Shown here: positions 31,401 to 39,356 of the stretch, piece by piece | Layout of the letters: every line of letters begins with the position of its first letter | Position numbering within the stretch: position 1 is the stretch's first letter | Source of the DNA: an uncultured Mollicutes bacterium | Lineage (GTDB): Bacteria > Bacillota_I > Bacilli_A > RFN20 > CAG-826 | NCBI GenBank assembly: GCA_900540395.1 | Contig: UQFQ01000004.1 | Span: 23,765 to 87,764, forward strand | DNA: 64,000 nucleotides | Direction of reading: 5' to 3' | Program-made: the position numbers and the translations under genes | The notes under the pieces: generated by a model | Seen by the model: the letters and a program-made list of their open reading frames with translations, nothing else | What the model was told of the DNA's origin: nothing | The model's database searches: none

Positions 31401-31932
31401 AAAAGACATCAAGTACTCCGCCTCTACTAGCATATTCCATCGACTGATCAATTTTAGAAACAGAAATATAACCTAACTCAGATAATTTATTCTTTAATTG
31501 ATTTACATCAATACCATCGCCAACATGAATATCAATAAAACTATTGTCAAAGGTTTCAACGCTTGGATAATATCGATATATTGTAGATGGCGTAGCAATA
31601 ATAATTGAATGGTGAGCGTGTCTTATTTTATATAGACCATAAATAAGTTCACTTCTGATTTCTTTAGATTCACTTATGTATTCGACACGAATTAAATCAT
31701 CTCCGGGTAAGAGAATTATTTTATCTTCATCAATCAAACTTGATAATTTGTTATAAATTTGATTAGCGTCATAATTATTTGCAGCGTATATTAAAATATT
31801 CGCTTCGGATTCATTATATTTTTTGATAGCGAGTAGTATTGTTCCAATAATTGAATCAACTATAAAAGAGGAATTTCTTTTTTTAGTATCTTCAGTAAAT
31901 AGTTCTTGTGCGGTTTTTAATAAATTAATCAA
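28444..31932 (-). CDS. mfd: Transcription-repair coupling factor
   Basis: UvrB-homology N-terminus, RNAP-interaction domain, SF2 helicase motifs GDVGFGKTEVA and DEEQRFG, TRG motif. Confidence 0.95.
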   Translation of the reverse strand: MINLLKTAQELFTEDTKKRNSSFIVDSIIGTILLAIKKYNESEANILIYAANNYDANQIYNKLSSLIDEDKIILLPGDDLIRVEYISESKEIRSELIYGLYKIRHAHHSIIIATPSTIYRYYPSVETFDNSFIDIHVGDGIDVNQLKNKLSELGYISVSKIDQSMEYASRGGVLDVFSLNYEDPIRIEFFDTVVESIRLFKIETQTSYKKLDNALLIPATINLLSQEEKEKAKNKITYQLNKDILNKNEEEKEELEANVQDDIDQILNNSFTNKYYKYLSFLQEKFTELLDFCDNYSIIVANQEDFNKAKGLLFEEATKFLLDLHAKNKNISRLSYFNDRASIFKGALETTILEPFYHNKDDVSIPLRSLAYLDPKGSTSLIILETLIKGRNQILIVYHSEEEGKEIRKILDSLEVKYSETENYTLDENATISICQGKFNVSFELTNKNIILLASDDLLYDKRKIRAYSTHFKKGKILESYEELEPGDYVVHEKYGIGRFVKIDTIEVMGKHNDYLEISYANNDKLFVPLYQFNLIRKFVGKEGTTPRLTNLNSNQWEKTKKRIKERVNDLADRLLTLYQERATIAGFSFKKDDEIQKAFEEDFKHQLTPDQQTSIKEIKEDMEAPHPMDRLLCGDVGFGKTEVALEACMKAILSEKQVCFLCPTTVLSMQHYKVALKRFGDFRINVKLLNRMCTSKEVNETLRGLKDGSVNLLIGTHKALNDKVVFKDLGLLIIDEEQRFGVEQKERIKEKYPNVDVLTLSATPIPRTLQSSLIGLKAISRIETAPVERLPIQTYVINYDEEIIKELIKRELSRNGQVYYIFNDTYRIYEKQLLLQKLVPDAKIGIIHGKMDKEDVDIVMNDFYEGTIDVLLATTIVENGIDVRNANLLLVEDADHFGLSQLYQIKGRVGRSDKIAYAYLMIKGNKSLTEESKKRLKAIQDFTELGSGYKIAQRDLLIRGAGDILGKEQAGFIDEVGIDMYIRLLNETIAEKQGKLDKSPTKDIKALQDLDAYVPKGFAKNDEKIEIYQKILDCKTLDKLYLLKDTLKDQFGALPQSVELLLLKREISIYLEGEEYETYTEYPKRIDIVLSKKFSDIKGIGTTLFTSFLKFINKLKLSYHDKLIFISINKEGDWILTLIDVLKNVSKIYKSKMRAMIKDEN

Positions 31933-31942
31933 TTTCTCCCTC

Positions 31943-32500
31943 TTATTTATTATACATTGTCATGGCTTTGTTAAAACTGTCGCTTAATGCAACTTTTAAG
32001 GCCTCTACTGCATTCTTTTGGGCTGTATAAATCAAAGGCTCTTCTTCTTTACTAGGTCTTTTTAAGACATAATCAATAATGTTATGAGAATCAGGGTGTC
32101 CTATTCCTACTTTTATTCGATTAAATTCTTCAGTTCCTAAATTAGCTATAATCGATTTTATTCCATTATGTCCGCCGCTAGATCCTTTAATTTTTAACTT
32201 AATATGCCCTAAAGGAGTATCCATGTCGTCGTAAACTACAATCATGTTTTCGATTGGAATCTTGTAAAAATTTAAAACTTGAATAATGCTCTCTCCGCTT
32301 AAATTCATATAAGTTTGTGGCTTTAAAATGATTAAGTCATTGTCCATGTAACGCGCCTTTACATACAAACCTTTAAAATCAGTTCTATCAAAAGCCACTC
32401 CTAACGAATCAGCGAATTTATCAACAACATCAAACCCCATGTTGTGATGTGTATGCTCATATTCCCTTCCAGGGTTTCCTAGTCCTACAATCAAATACAC
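31943..32500 (-). CDS. pth: Peptidyl-tRNA hydrolase
   Basis: YLIVGLGNPG..H motif. The GTG start at 32500 is preceded by GGAGGAG. The longer ATG ORF to 32584 has no RBS. Confidence 0.9.
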   Translation of the reverse strand: MYLIVGLGNPGREYEHTHHNMGFDVVDKFADSLGVAFDRTDFKGLYVKARYMDNDLIILKPQTYMNLSGESIIQVLNFYKIPIENMIVVYDDMDTPLGHIKLKIKGSSGGHNGIKSIIANLGTEEFNRIKVGIGHPDSHNIIDYVLKRPSKEEEPLIYTAQKNAVEALKVALSDSFNKAMTMYNK

Positions 32501-32580
32501 GTTTACTCCTCCACCAATAAATACAATTATAAATTTATTTTGTTGGAAAGAAAATACAATTTTTATGAAATAATTTCCTT

Positions 32581-32597
32581 GCAAAACTCAACTATTT
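32581..32597 (+). repeat. Copy 2 of the dispersed motif GCAAAACTCAACTATTT
   Basis: See finding. Confidence 0.7.
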
Positions 32598-32627
32598 ATT
32601 AAATAAATTAAAAATTTATGTTTTTAA

Positions 32628-32656
32628 TTGACAACGCAGTCAATATTTAATAATAT
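32628..32656 (+). promoter_or_regulatory. Promoter TTGACA-17-TAATAT for the TetR/ABC operon, with an overlapping inverted repeat TTGACaacgcaGTCAA (candidate TetR operator)
   Basis: Seen in the sequence about 25 nt upstream of the RBS AGGAGAAG. Confidence 0.5.
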
Positions 32657-32679
32657 TCTTTAACTAGGAGAAGATTTAG

Positions 32680-33324
32680 ATGCCAAGAACTTTTTTTGAA
32701 AACAAGGAATTGAAATTAAAGAGGATCGACAACATCATCAATGTATCATTAAGCCTATTTGCAACCTATGGTTATAAAAAAGTTACCATAGATATGATTA
32801 CAAAAGAGTGCCGTTATTCTCATGGTCTTTTTTATCACTACTTTTCTTCAAAATCAGAAGTATTAAGAGAGATAAGAAAAAGAAGTAATGCACTATTTTC
32901 AGAGAAATTTTTAGCGATTAGTAAAACATCTAGTTTAGGTTATGATTTTTTAAGAAGTTCTCTTTGCACTATTATTGATTTTATTAATAATGGTGGGGAG
33001 GAAAACTATTATGTCCATTTACTATTTTCGACAAAACTATCTGAATTAAATGATGGCGTTAAGATGGTTCATTTCAATAAAGAGGTATTTAATTTGTTTT
33101 CTGAATCAATCAAAATTGTTCGCTCTGAATTTGATGAATTTATCAAAAAAGAAAACTTCAAAAGATATTTAATTCTATTTCTAACAGTCATTGACGGATT
33201 ATCTTCTTCTAAAATCAATTATCCTAACTTATATAAAAAGAATATTGATGGAAATGTGTTTTTTGATCGACTTGTAGCTTTCTTAAAGGGGAAAACACCA
33301 CTTCACCAAAACTCAATTAATTAA
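32680..33324 (+). CDS. TetR/AcrR-family transcriptional regulator
   Basis: N-terminal HTH (VTIDMITKECRYSHGLFYHYF). Confidence 0.8.
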   Translation: MPRTFFENKELKLKRIDNIINVSLSLFATYGYKKVTIDMITKECRYSHGLFYHYFSSKSEVLREIRKRSNALFSEKFLAISKTSSLGYDFLRSSLCTIIDFINNGGEENYYVHLLFSTKLSELNDGVKMVHFNKEVFNLFSESIKIVRSEFDEFIKKENFKRYLILFLTVIDGLSSSKINYPNLYKKNIDGNVFFDRLVAFLKGKTPLHQNSIN

Positions 33325-33345
33325 GTTAAGAAGAAAGGAGTTTGT

Positions 33346-35163
33346 ATGTCAAAAGTTTTACATTTTTTATGGAAAAAGCGGCCCTTTTTACTTTTGATTG
33401 CTTGTGCGATTATTGCTCAATGTTATCTTCAACTCATGCTTCCAGAGTACATGGGTAAAATCACAACACTTATAACCTCTACAAGTCCCGATAAAATCAA
33501 TCAGATATGGATTAATGGCGGTTATATGATTTTAATTTCGGTTGGTGTTGTAATTTTAGCTACAATCCAAAACTTTACTGGAGCAATACTATCGGCTTAC
33601 GTTGGTAGGGAATTGCGCACAGAAATGTTTCATAAAGTAAATCATATTTCACTTACCGAATATAACAAATTTGGCACTGCTACTTTAATAACCAGGACAA
33701 CAAACGATATCGAACAAGTTAAGAACTACGTTTTAATGGCTGTCAGAATTATTGTTATGTCTCCAACATATATGATAATTGGTTTAATTAAAACACTGAC
33801 TCAAGACGCAATGCTATCAATTGTTTTAGCAATTTGTATACCTTTAATTCTTTTATTTATGGCAATCTTATTAAAATTTGCCACACCTTTATTTAAGAGC
33901 CTACAAACCAAAATCGATAATTTAACTATTGTTGTTAGAGAAAATTTAACAGGCGTAAGAGTAATTAGGGCTTACAATCAACAAGGAGTTGAATATAAAA
34001 AATTCGATAAAGCCAATAAAGACATGACACAAACTGTAACTAAGGTTGGAAAAATCATGTCTTTCACTAACCCTTTAATTTCCATAATTTTCAACCTTTG
34101 TTTTATTGGAATTTATGCTTTAGGGTTCTATTTATTAAACGGTTTAAATGCTGGTGATCCACAAATCGGTAATTTAATTTCTAATGTTGCTGTTGTTGCT
34201 CAATATAGTTTACAGATTATGCAATCATTCATGATGCTTGCAATGATTTTCGTTATGCTTCCTCAAGCTAGCGCTTGTTCTAAACGTATTGCTGAGGTTT
34301 TAGATGTTAAAGATAACGAACAAATTGATAACGTTGATAAAGAAGAGTATGAAAAGTTCAAAAACAAAACTACTAGAGGTGTTTTAGCTTTTAATAATGT
34401 CACTTTTACATATCCAGATAGTGATACTCCATGTATTGAAAATATTTCCTTTAAAACTAAACCAGGGAAAATGCTTGCTATTATTGGCTCAACAGGCGCT
34501 GGTAAATCAACAGTTATAAATTTAATACCTCGTTTTTATGATGCCACTAAAGGAAATATTACTTTAGATGGTGTTGATATAACAAAAATTCCAATTAAAG
34601 ATTTAAGAGACTCAATAGGCTTTGTCCCTCAAAAGGCTGTTTTGTTTAAAGGAACTATTAAGGATAACATCCGTTTTGGCAAAAAAGACGCCACAGACGA
34701 AGAAATAAACGAGGCATTATCTGTTGCTCAAACAGAACACTTTATTTCTAAATTGCCAAAAGGTCTCGATTCTTTCGTTTCTCAAGGTGGTAAAAACTTT
34801 TCAGGCGGTCAAAAGCAAAGATTATCTATTGCTCGAGCATTAGTAAAGAAACCAGAAGTATATGTTTTTGACGATTCTTTCTCTGCTTTAGATTTTAAAA
34901 CAGACGCCAAATTGAGAGCGGCCTTAAAAACTTACGTTGGCGATTCAACTATGATTGTTGTCGCGCAAAGAGTTTCTTCAATTCTTGACGCCGATACTAT
35001 TGTCGTTTTAAACGAAGGCAAAGTTGCAGGTATCGGTAATCATGAAGATTTACTTAAAAATTGTCCTATTTATCAAGACATTGTTAAATCACAACTTGAT
35101 CCTGATGAAGTCGAAAAAACTCTTAAAATGTCTCGCGAAGCCGAGAACGAAGGAGGTAAATAA
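33346..35163 (+). CDS. ABC exporter subunit (6-TM permease fused to NBD), type I exporter family
   Basis: Walker A GSTGAGKST, signature FSGGQKQR, Walker B VYVFDD. Confidence 0.85.
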   Translation: MSKVLHFLWKKRPFLLLIACAIIAQCYLQLMLPEYMGKITTLITSTSPDKINQIWINGGYMILISVGVVILATIQNFTGAILSAYVGRELRTEMFHKVNHISLTEYNKFGTATLITRTTNDIEQVKNYVLMAVRIIVMSPTYMIIGLIKTLTQDAMLSIVLAICIPLILLFMAILLKFATPLFKSLQTKIDNLTIVVRENLTGVRVIRAYNQQGVEYKKFDKANKDMTQTVTKVGKIMSFTNPLISIIFNLCFIGIYALGFYLLNGLNAGDPQIGNLISNVAVVAQYSLQIMQSFMMLAMIFVMLPQASACSKRIAEVLDVKDNEQIDNVDKEEYEKFKNKTTRGVLAFNNVTFTYPDSDTPCIENISFKTKPGKMLAIIGSTGAGKSTVINLIPRFYDATKGNITLDGVDITKIPIKDLRDSIGFVPQKAVLFKGTIKDNIRFGKKDATDEEINEALSVAQTEHFISKLPKGLDSFVSQGGKNFSGGQKQRLSIARALVKKPEVYVFDDSFSALDFKTDAKLRAALKTYVGDSTMIVVAQRVSSILDADTIVVLNEGKVAGIGNHEDLLKNCPIYQDIVKSQLDPDEVEKTLKMSREAENEGGK

Positions 35164-35165
35164 TT

Positions 35166-37271
35166 ATGCCAGGTCCAGGTAGAGCAAGAAGCATAGATAA
35201 ACCTCAAAACATGAAGCTTGTTTTTAAGCGCATGTTAAAAGATTTTAAGAAAGAGTATGTTGTATTAATTTTTGTAATCTTGTTTGCAATAGGCAGTGCC
35301 GTGTTAAATATTATCGCTCCTATCTTTCTTGGCGAGTTTTTAAACCATGCCTTACCTCAAGATATTGCAACTTCACCATTGTTCAACTTTGTTTTAGTAG
35401 ATGGGTCAACTGTTGTACAAATTAATTGGGGTTATTTTTTCTATAATTTCGGGGTTTTGCTTGGTTTTTATGTAGGAAGTGCATTACTTTCATGGCTTAG
35501 TGAATGGCTTTCAGTTGGAGTTGGAGCAAGATATGCCTATGAATTTAGAGATAAAATTCTTATTAAATTAGATAAACTTCCATTAAGTTATTTCGACCGT
35601 GTTCCATACGGAGATACACTCTCAGTTTGTACTAACGATGTTGATAATATATCAAGAAACTTACAATCAATTATCACTCAAACAACAAGCGGCGTTTCCT
35701 TATTCTTCGGCTCTTTAATCGCAATGTTTATTTACGACTATCGCTTAGCTTTTATCGCCTTAGCGGTTTTACCAATTACTCTTATTATTGTTTTGCTTAT
35801 TTCAAAACATTCACAAAAACAATTTGCATCTTATAGAAAAGAACTCGGAGATTTAAACGGAAAAGTAGAAGAAAATTATGCTGGCGTCTCTGTAATTAAG
35901 TTGTTTAATAAAGAAGATGATGTCGAGGCCGATTTTGATATTGTAAACAAAAGAATGGCGAAAGCTGATGGCTTATCACAGTTCTTATCAGGTTTTGTTT
36001 TCCCAACAACAATCTTTATTAACAACGTTGCTTATGTTGCCATCGCTGTTGTTGGAGGTATCATTGGACAAATAGGAACAATGATTTCTTTCTTTACACT
36101 TTTAAGTTTATTCACAAGACCTTTCCAACAAATTGGTCAAATTGCAAATATCATTCAATCTGTATTAGCTAGTGGAGAAAGAATCTACAATCTTCTTGAT
36201 GAAGTTGAAGAAATTCCAGATAAAGTCACTGCTGAAACCGAAGAAAACAAAATCCAAGGCGAATTTGATTTTGATCACGTATATTTCCAATATTCTATCG
36301 ACAAACCTCTTATCGAAGATTTCACACTTCATGTAAATAAAGGCGATATGGTTGCTATTGTTGGTCCAACAGGTGCAGGAAAAACAACGATGGTTAATCT
36401 TATTATGAGATTTTACGAAATAACCAATATAGCTAACATTGATGATTTAAAAACTAAATCCTTAAAATTCCGAAATTCAATTAACCAAATTTTAGGATAT
36501 GAGGAAGTCAAAGACATAGATATTAATTCTTCCTTAGATATTCGTGAAGCAACTCGTTTAGAAAGAGAAAAACTAGAAGACTTTTACCAATCAGCTATTA
36601 AAAACAATAAAAAGATTTTAGGTGATGATGATATCAAAAAACTAGATTATATTCATTCTTTAATACCTAATATCTTTAATAACGGTAATATTAAATTAGA
36701 TGGGAAAACCATATTCAACTATACAAGAAATTGCTTAAGAGGCTCAATAGGTATGGTTCTCCAAGATACTTGGTTATTTAAAGGTACAATTAAAGAAAAT
36801 CTTCTTTATGGCGATCCTAACGCAACCGATGAAGAGATTGAAAAAGCTTGTAAAGAAGCACACATTGATCATTTCATTCACACTTTACCAGGTGGTTACA
36901 ACTTTGTTTTAAACGAAGATGGTAGCAACGTTTCTCAAGGTCAAAGACAACTCCTCACAATCGCTAGAGCAATTATTTCTAAACCACGAATTATGATTTT
37001 AGATGAAGCAACTTCTTCTGTTGATACTCGAACCGAGCAACAAATTCAAGACGCTTTAAATAAAATTATAGAAAATAGAACTTCCTTTGTTATTGCTCAT
37101 AGACTTTCAACAATTAAAAACGCCAAACTTATTATTGTTATGAAAAAAGGCCATATTGTTGAAACCGGTACCCACTATGAACTCCTCAAAAAAGGCGGTT
37201 TCTATGCTGAGCTTTATAACTCACAATTCGCTGGAAATAATCCAATGTCAAAAGAAGTTGAAGAAAGCTAA
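35166..37271 (+). CDS. ABC exporter subunit (permease-NBD), partner of the preceding gene. It carries a ~85-aa insertion in the NBD between Walker A and the Q-loop.
   Basis: Walker A GPTGAGKTT, signature VSQGQRQLL, Walker B IMILDEATS. Confidence 0.85.
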   Translation: MPGPGRARSIDKPQNMKLVFKRMLKDFKKEYVVLIFVILFAIGSAVLNIIAPIFLGEFLNHALPQDIATSPLFNFVLVDGSTVVQINWGYFFYNFGVLLGFYVGSALLSWLSEWLSVGVGARYAYEFRDKILIKLDKLPLSYFDRVPYGDTLSVCTNDVDNISRNLQSIITQTTSGVSLFFGSLIAMFIYDYRLAFIALAVLPITLIIVLLISKHSQKQFASYRKELGDLNGKVEENYAGVSVIKLFNKEDDVEADFDIVNKRMAKADGLSQFLSGFVFPTTIFINNVAYVAIAVVGGIIGQIGTMISFFTLLSLFTRPFQQIGQIANIIQSVLASGERIYNLLDEVEEIPDKVTAETEENKIQGEFDFDHVYFQYSIDKPLIEDFTLHVNKGDMVAIVGPTGAGKTTMVNLIMRFYEITNIANIDDLKTKSLKFRNSINQILGYEEVKDIDINSSLDIREATRLEREKLEDFYQSAIKNNKKILGDDDIKKLDYIHSLIPNIFNNGNIKLDGKTIFNYTRNCLRGSIGMVLQDTWLFKGTIKENLLYGDPNATDEEIEKACKEAHIDHFIHTLPGGYNFVLNEDGSNVSQGQRQLLTIARAIISKPRIMILDEATSSVDTRTEQQIQDALNKIIENRTSFVIAHRLSTIKNAKLIIVMKKGHIVETGTHYELLKKGGFYAELYNSQFAGNNPMSKEVEES

Positions 37272-37331
37272 ACTAGAATTTTTTAGAATTAAAAGCATAG
37301 GTAAAATCCCACCGCTTTTTTTAATTTCCTT

Positions 37332-37349
37332 GCAAATCTTAAGTATTTT
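37332..37349 (+). repeat. Degenerate copy (15/18) of the dispersed motif GCAAATCTTAAGTATTTT
   Basis: See finding. Confidence 0.4.
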
Positions 37350-38911
37350 TATTTTTTCTTTGCGTTTTTAACATCTATATCGGTAAGTTCTTTATAGATG
37401 TTATGAAGATTTGGATAAACCTTTATATAGACTTTTTCGTATAATTCTTTGTATTCTTTTACATCCTTCTTATTAGGAGTAAAAACTTTAACATAACGAA
37501 TCATATTTTTCTTAATTTCGTCGAGTGAATTATATCTTTTCAAAGCTAAAAACTGAGCACATGCACAACCCAAGGAAGAATTTTCACAAGTTTCGCTTTT
37601 GTAAACAGGAAGGTTAAATAAATCTGCGGTGATTTGACAAATAGCATCACTTCTAGATCCACCACCAGCAATAGTTAAATATTTAATTTTTTTATGACTT
37701 CTTTTTTCAATGCTTTCTAAGCCTTCTTTTAAAGCAAAGCCGATACCTTCAATAATTGCCCTATAAAAATGATATTTTGTATGAACATCGAAAAAACCAA
37801 TTACAGCACCCTTTGCTAAAGGCCTGCTTAAGCCAGGTCCCCAATATGGTTGCAAAATCAATCCATCGCTTCCAGGCGGAATGTCCATTAACTTTTCATT
37901 CAAAACTTCTTCAGGAGCCACTTTTTCAATTTGTGCTTCGATTGATTCATTTTGACCAAATTGTTGTACAAACCAAGTCAACATCCAATAGCCTCTATAA
38001 ATTTGTACTTCGCCGCTGTACCATCCTGGAAAAGAAGCAATATAAGATGGTAAGAATCTTTCTGGTTCAAAATAATTTTTACTAATAACAGCTATTGAAG
38101 AACTAGTCCCATAACTAATATGTGCACTATCTGAATCAACTTGTCCGCTTCCTAAAGCTTCACACGATTTATCGTTACCTGTTGTTATATATTTAAGTCC
38201 TTCAGGAAACCCTGTTTCTAATGAGCATTTATTTGTAATTGTACCAATTACTTCACCTACCGGAGCAATCTCTGGCATTAGCTTTGGATCGATATTATAT
38301 AATTCACCTTTTAATGCGCCTTTTTTATACCACTTCCCTTTTTTAAAATTCAAAGGGTAGTGACCAATCATGTTTGATGCACAATCAGTTAAAACTCCAA
38401 GCATTCTATAATTTAAATAAGCGTTTAATGGTACATAGTGTTTAATCTTTTTCCGGTTTTCTGGTTCGTTTTCTTGCAGCCAAATAGCCGGTGTTCTTTT
38501 ACGGTTCAAATTAACTGTCTTTGTCATATTAACAAACCAAAATGCAATATTTTGCCACCAAGGAAGTTTCTTTTTTAAATCAGCTTGCCTTTGATCTAAC
38601 CAGATTATTGAAGGTCTAACGATATTTAGTTTTTCATCCAAATAAACAGCTGTATCTCTAAAACAAGTAGAAGAAATACTAACTACGTTTTTTAATAGTT
38701 CCGGATTTTTTTCTGTTAATCTTTTAGCAGCACGACACATATGGTCGTAATAGTAGTTAGGATCTTGTTCACAATATCCAGGTTTTGGAGAAAAATATGG
38801 CGATTTATATCTTTCTTGCTCAAAGGCTAAAAATTTTCCTTTATCATCAATTATTGAAACTCTAACACTTTGTGTTCCATAATCAATCGCTATTACATAA
38901 TTATTTTCCAT
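37349..38911 (-). CDS. FGGY-family carbohydrate kinase
   Basis: N-terminal AIDYGTQSVR actin-fold ATPase motif and C-terminal GGGSRS motif. Confidence 0.75.
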   Translation of the reverse strand: MENNYVIAIDYGTQSVRVSIIDDKGKFLAFEQERYKSPYFSPKPGYCEQDPNYYYDHMCRAAKRLTEKNPELLKNVVSISSTCFRDTAVYLDEKLNIVRPSIIWLDQRQADLKKKLPWWQNIAFWFVNMTKTVNLNRKRTPAIWLQENEPENRKKIKHYVPLNAYLNYRMLGVLTDCASNMIGHYPLNFKKGKWYKKGALKGELYNIDPKLMPEIAPVGEVIGTITNKCSLETGFPEGLKYITTGNDKSCEALGSGQVDSDSAHISYGTSSSIAVISKNYFEPERFLPSYIASFPGWYSGEVQIYRGYWMLTWFVQQFGQNESIEAQIEKVAPEEVLNEKLMDIPPGSDGLILQPYWGPGLSRPLAKGAVIGFFDVHTKYHFYRAIIEGIGFALKEGLESIEKRSHKKIKYLTIAGGGSRSDAICQITADLFNLPVYKSETCENSSLGCACAQFLALKRYNSLDEIKKNMIRYVKVFTPNKKDVKEYKELYEKVYIKVYPNLHNIYKELTDIDVKNAKKK

Positions 38912-39167
38912 ACGTATAATTATAAGTTAAAACACCAAGTATATAAATTAAATATTTACATTCAAAAAGCAGTTTTTCGGAGGGCTTAATTTATTCAAAT
39001 ATCTTTTTTTGGAATATAATATTTTTCATATTTGTCTCTCAAAAAAATAAGTTTCCAGTTATTTTTAAAGTTTACTTAAAATTACAAGACAGTATTACTC
39101 AAATTTTATTGAGCCTAATAGTTAGAAATTTACTTTATAAAAAAGTATTAAAATTCACTAAAATGCT

Positions 39168-39185
39168 GCAAAACTCAACTATTTT
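39168..39185 (+). repeat. Copy 3 of the dispersed motif GCAAAACTCAACTATTTT
   Basis: See finding. Confidence 0.7.
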
Positions 39186-39301
39186 TTGTTTTTTATTATT
39201 ACAATGCGTTTTTAATTAGTATTTCTTTCGTTGCTTAACTGATTTTTTTAAAACTTTAGTTTTAACTTTTTAATTATCTACATTTAACCTTGCTTAAATT
39301 A

Positions 39302-39333
39302 TGTTATAATCTAGTCAGTTGTTAAAACAACTG
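39302..39333 (+). promoter_or_regulatory. ppdK promoter with an extended -10 (TGtTATAAT) followed by the 18-bp perfect palindrome CAGTTGTTAAAACAACTG (operator candidate)
   Basis: Seen in the sequence. RBS GGAGG at 39343. Confidence 0.5.
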
Positions 39334-39356
39334 CCAAAATTTGGAGGTTTATTTAA

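Noticed and set aside
37156-37371. 71-aa ORF overlapping the end of the ABC transporter gene and the spacer.
   Set aside because: Out-of-frame overlap with a conserved NBD C-terminus and no RBS.
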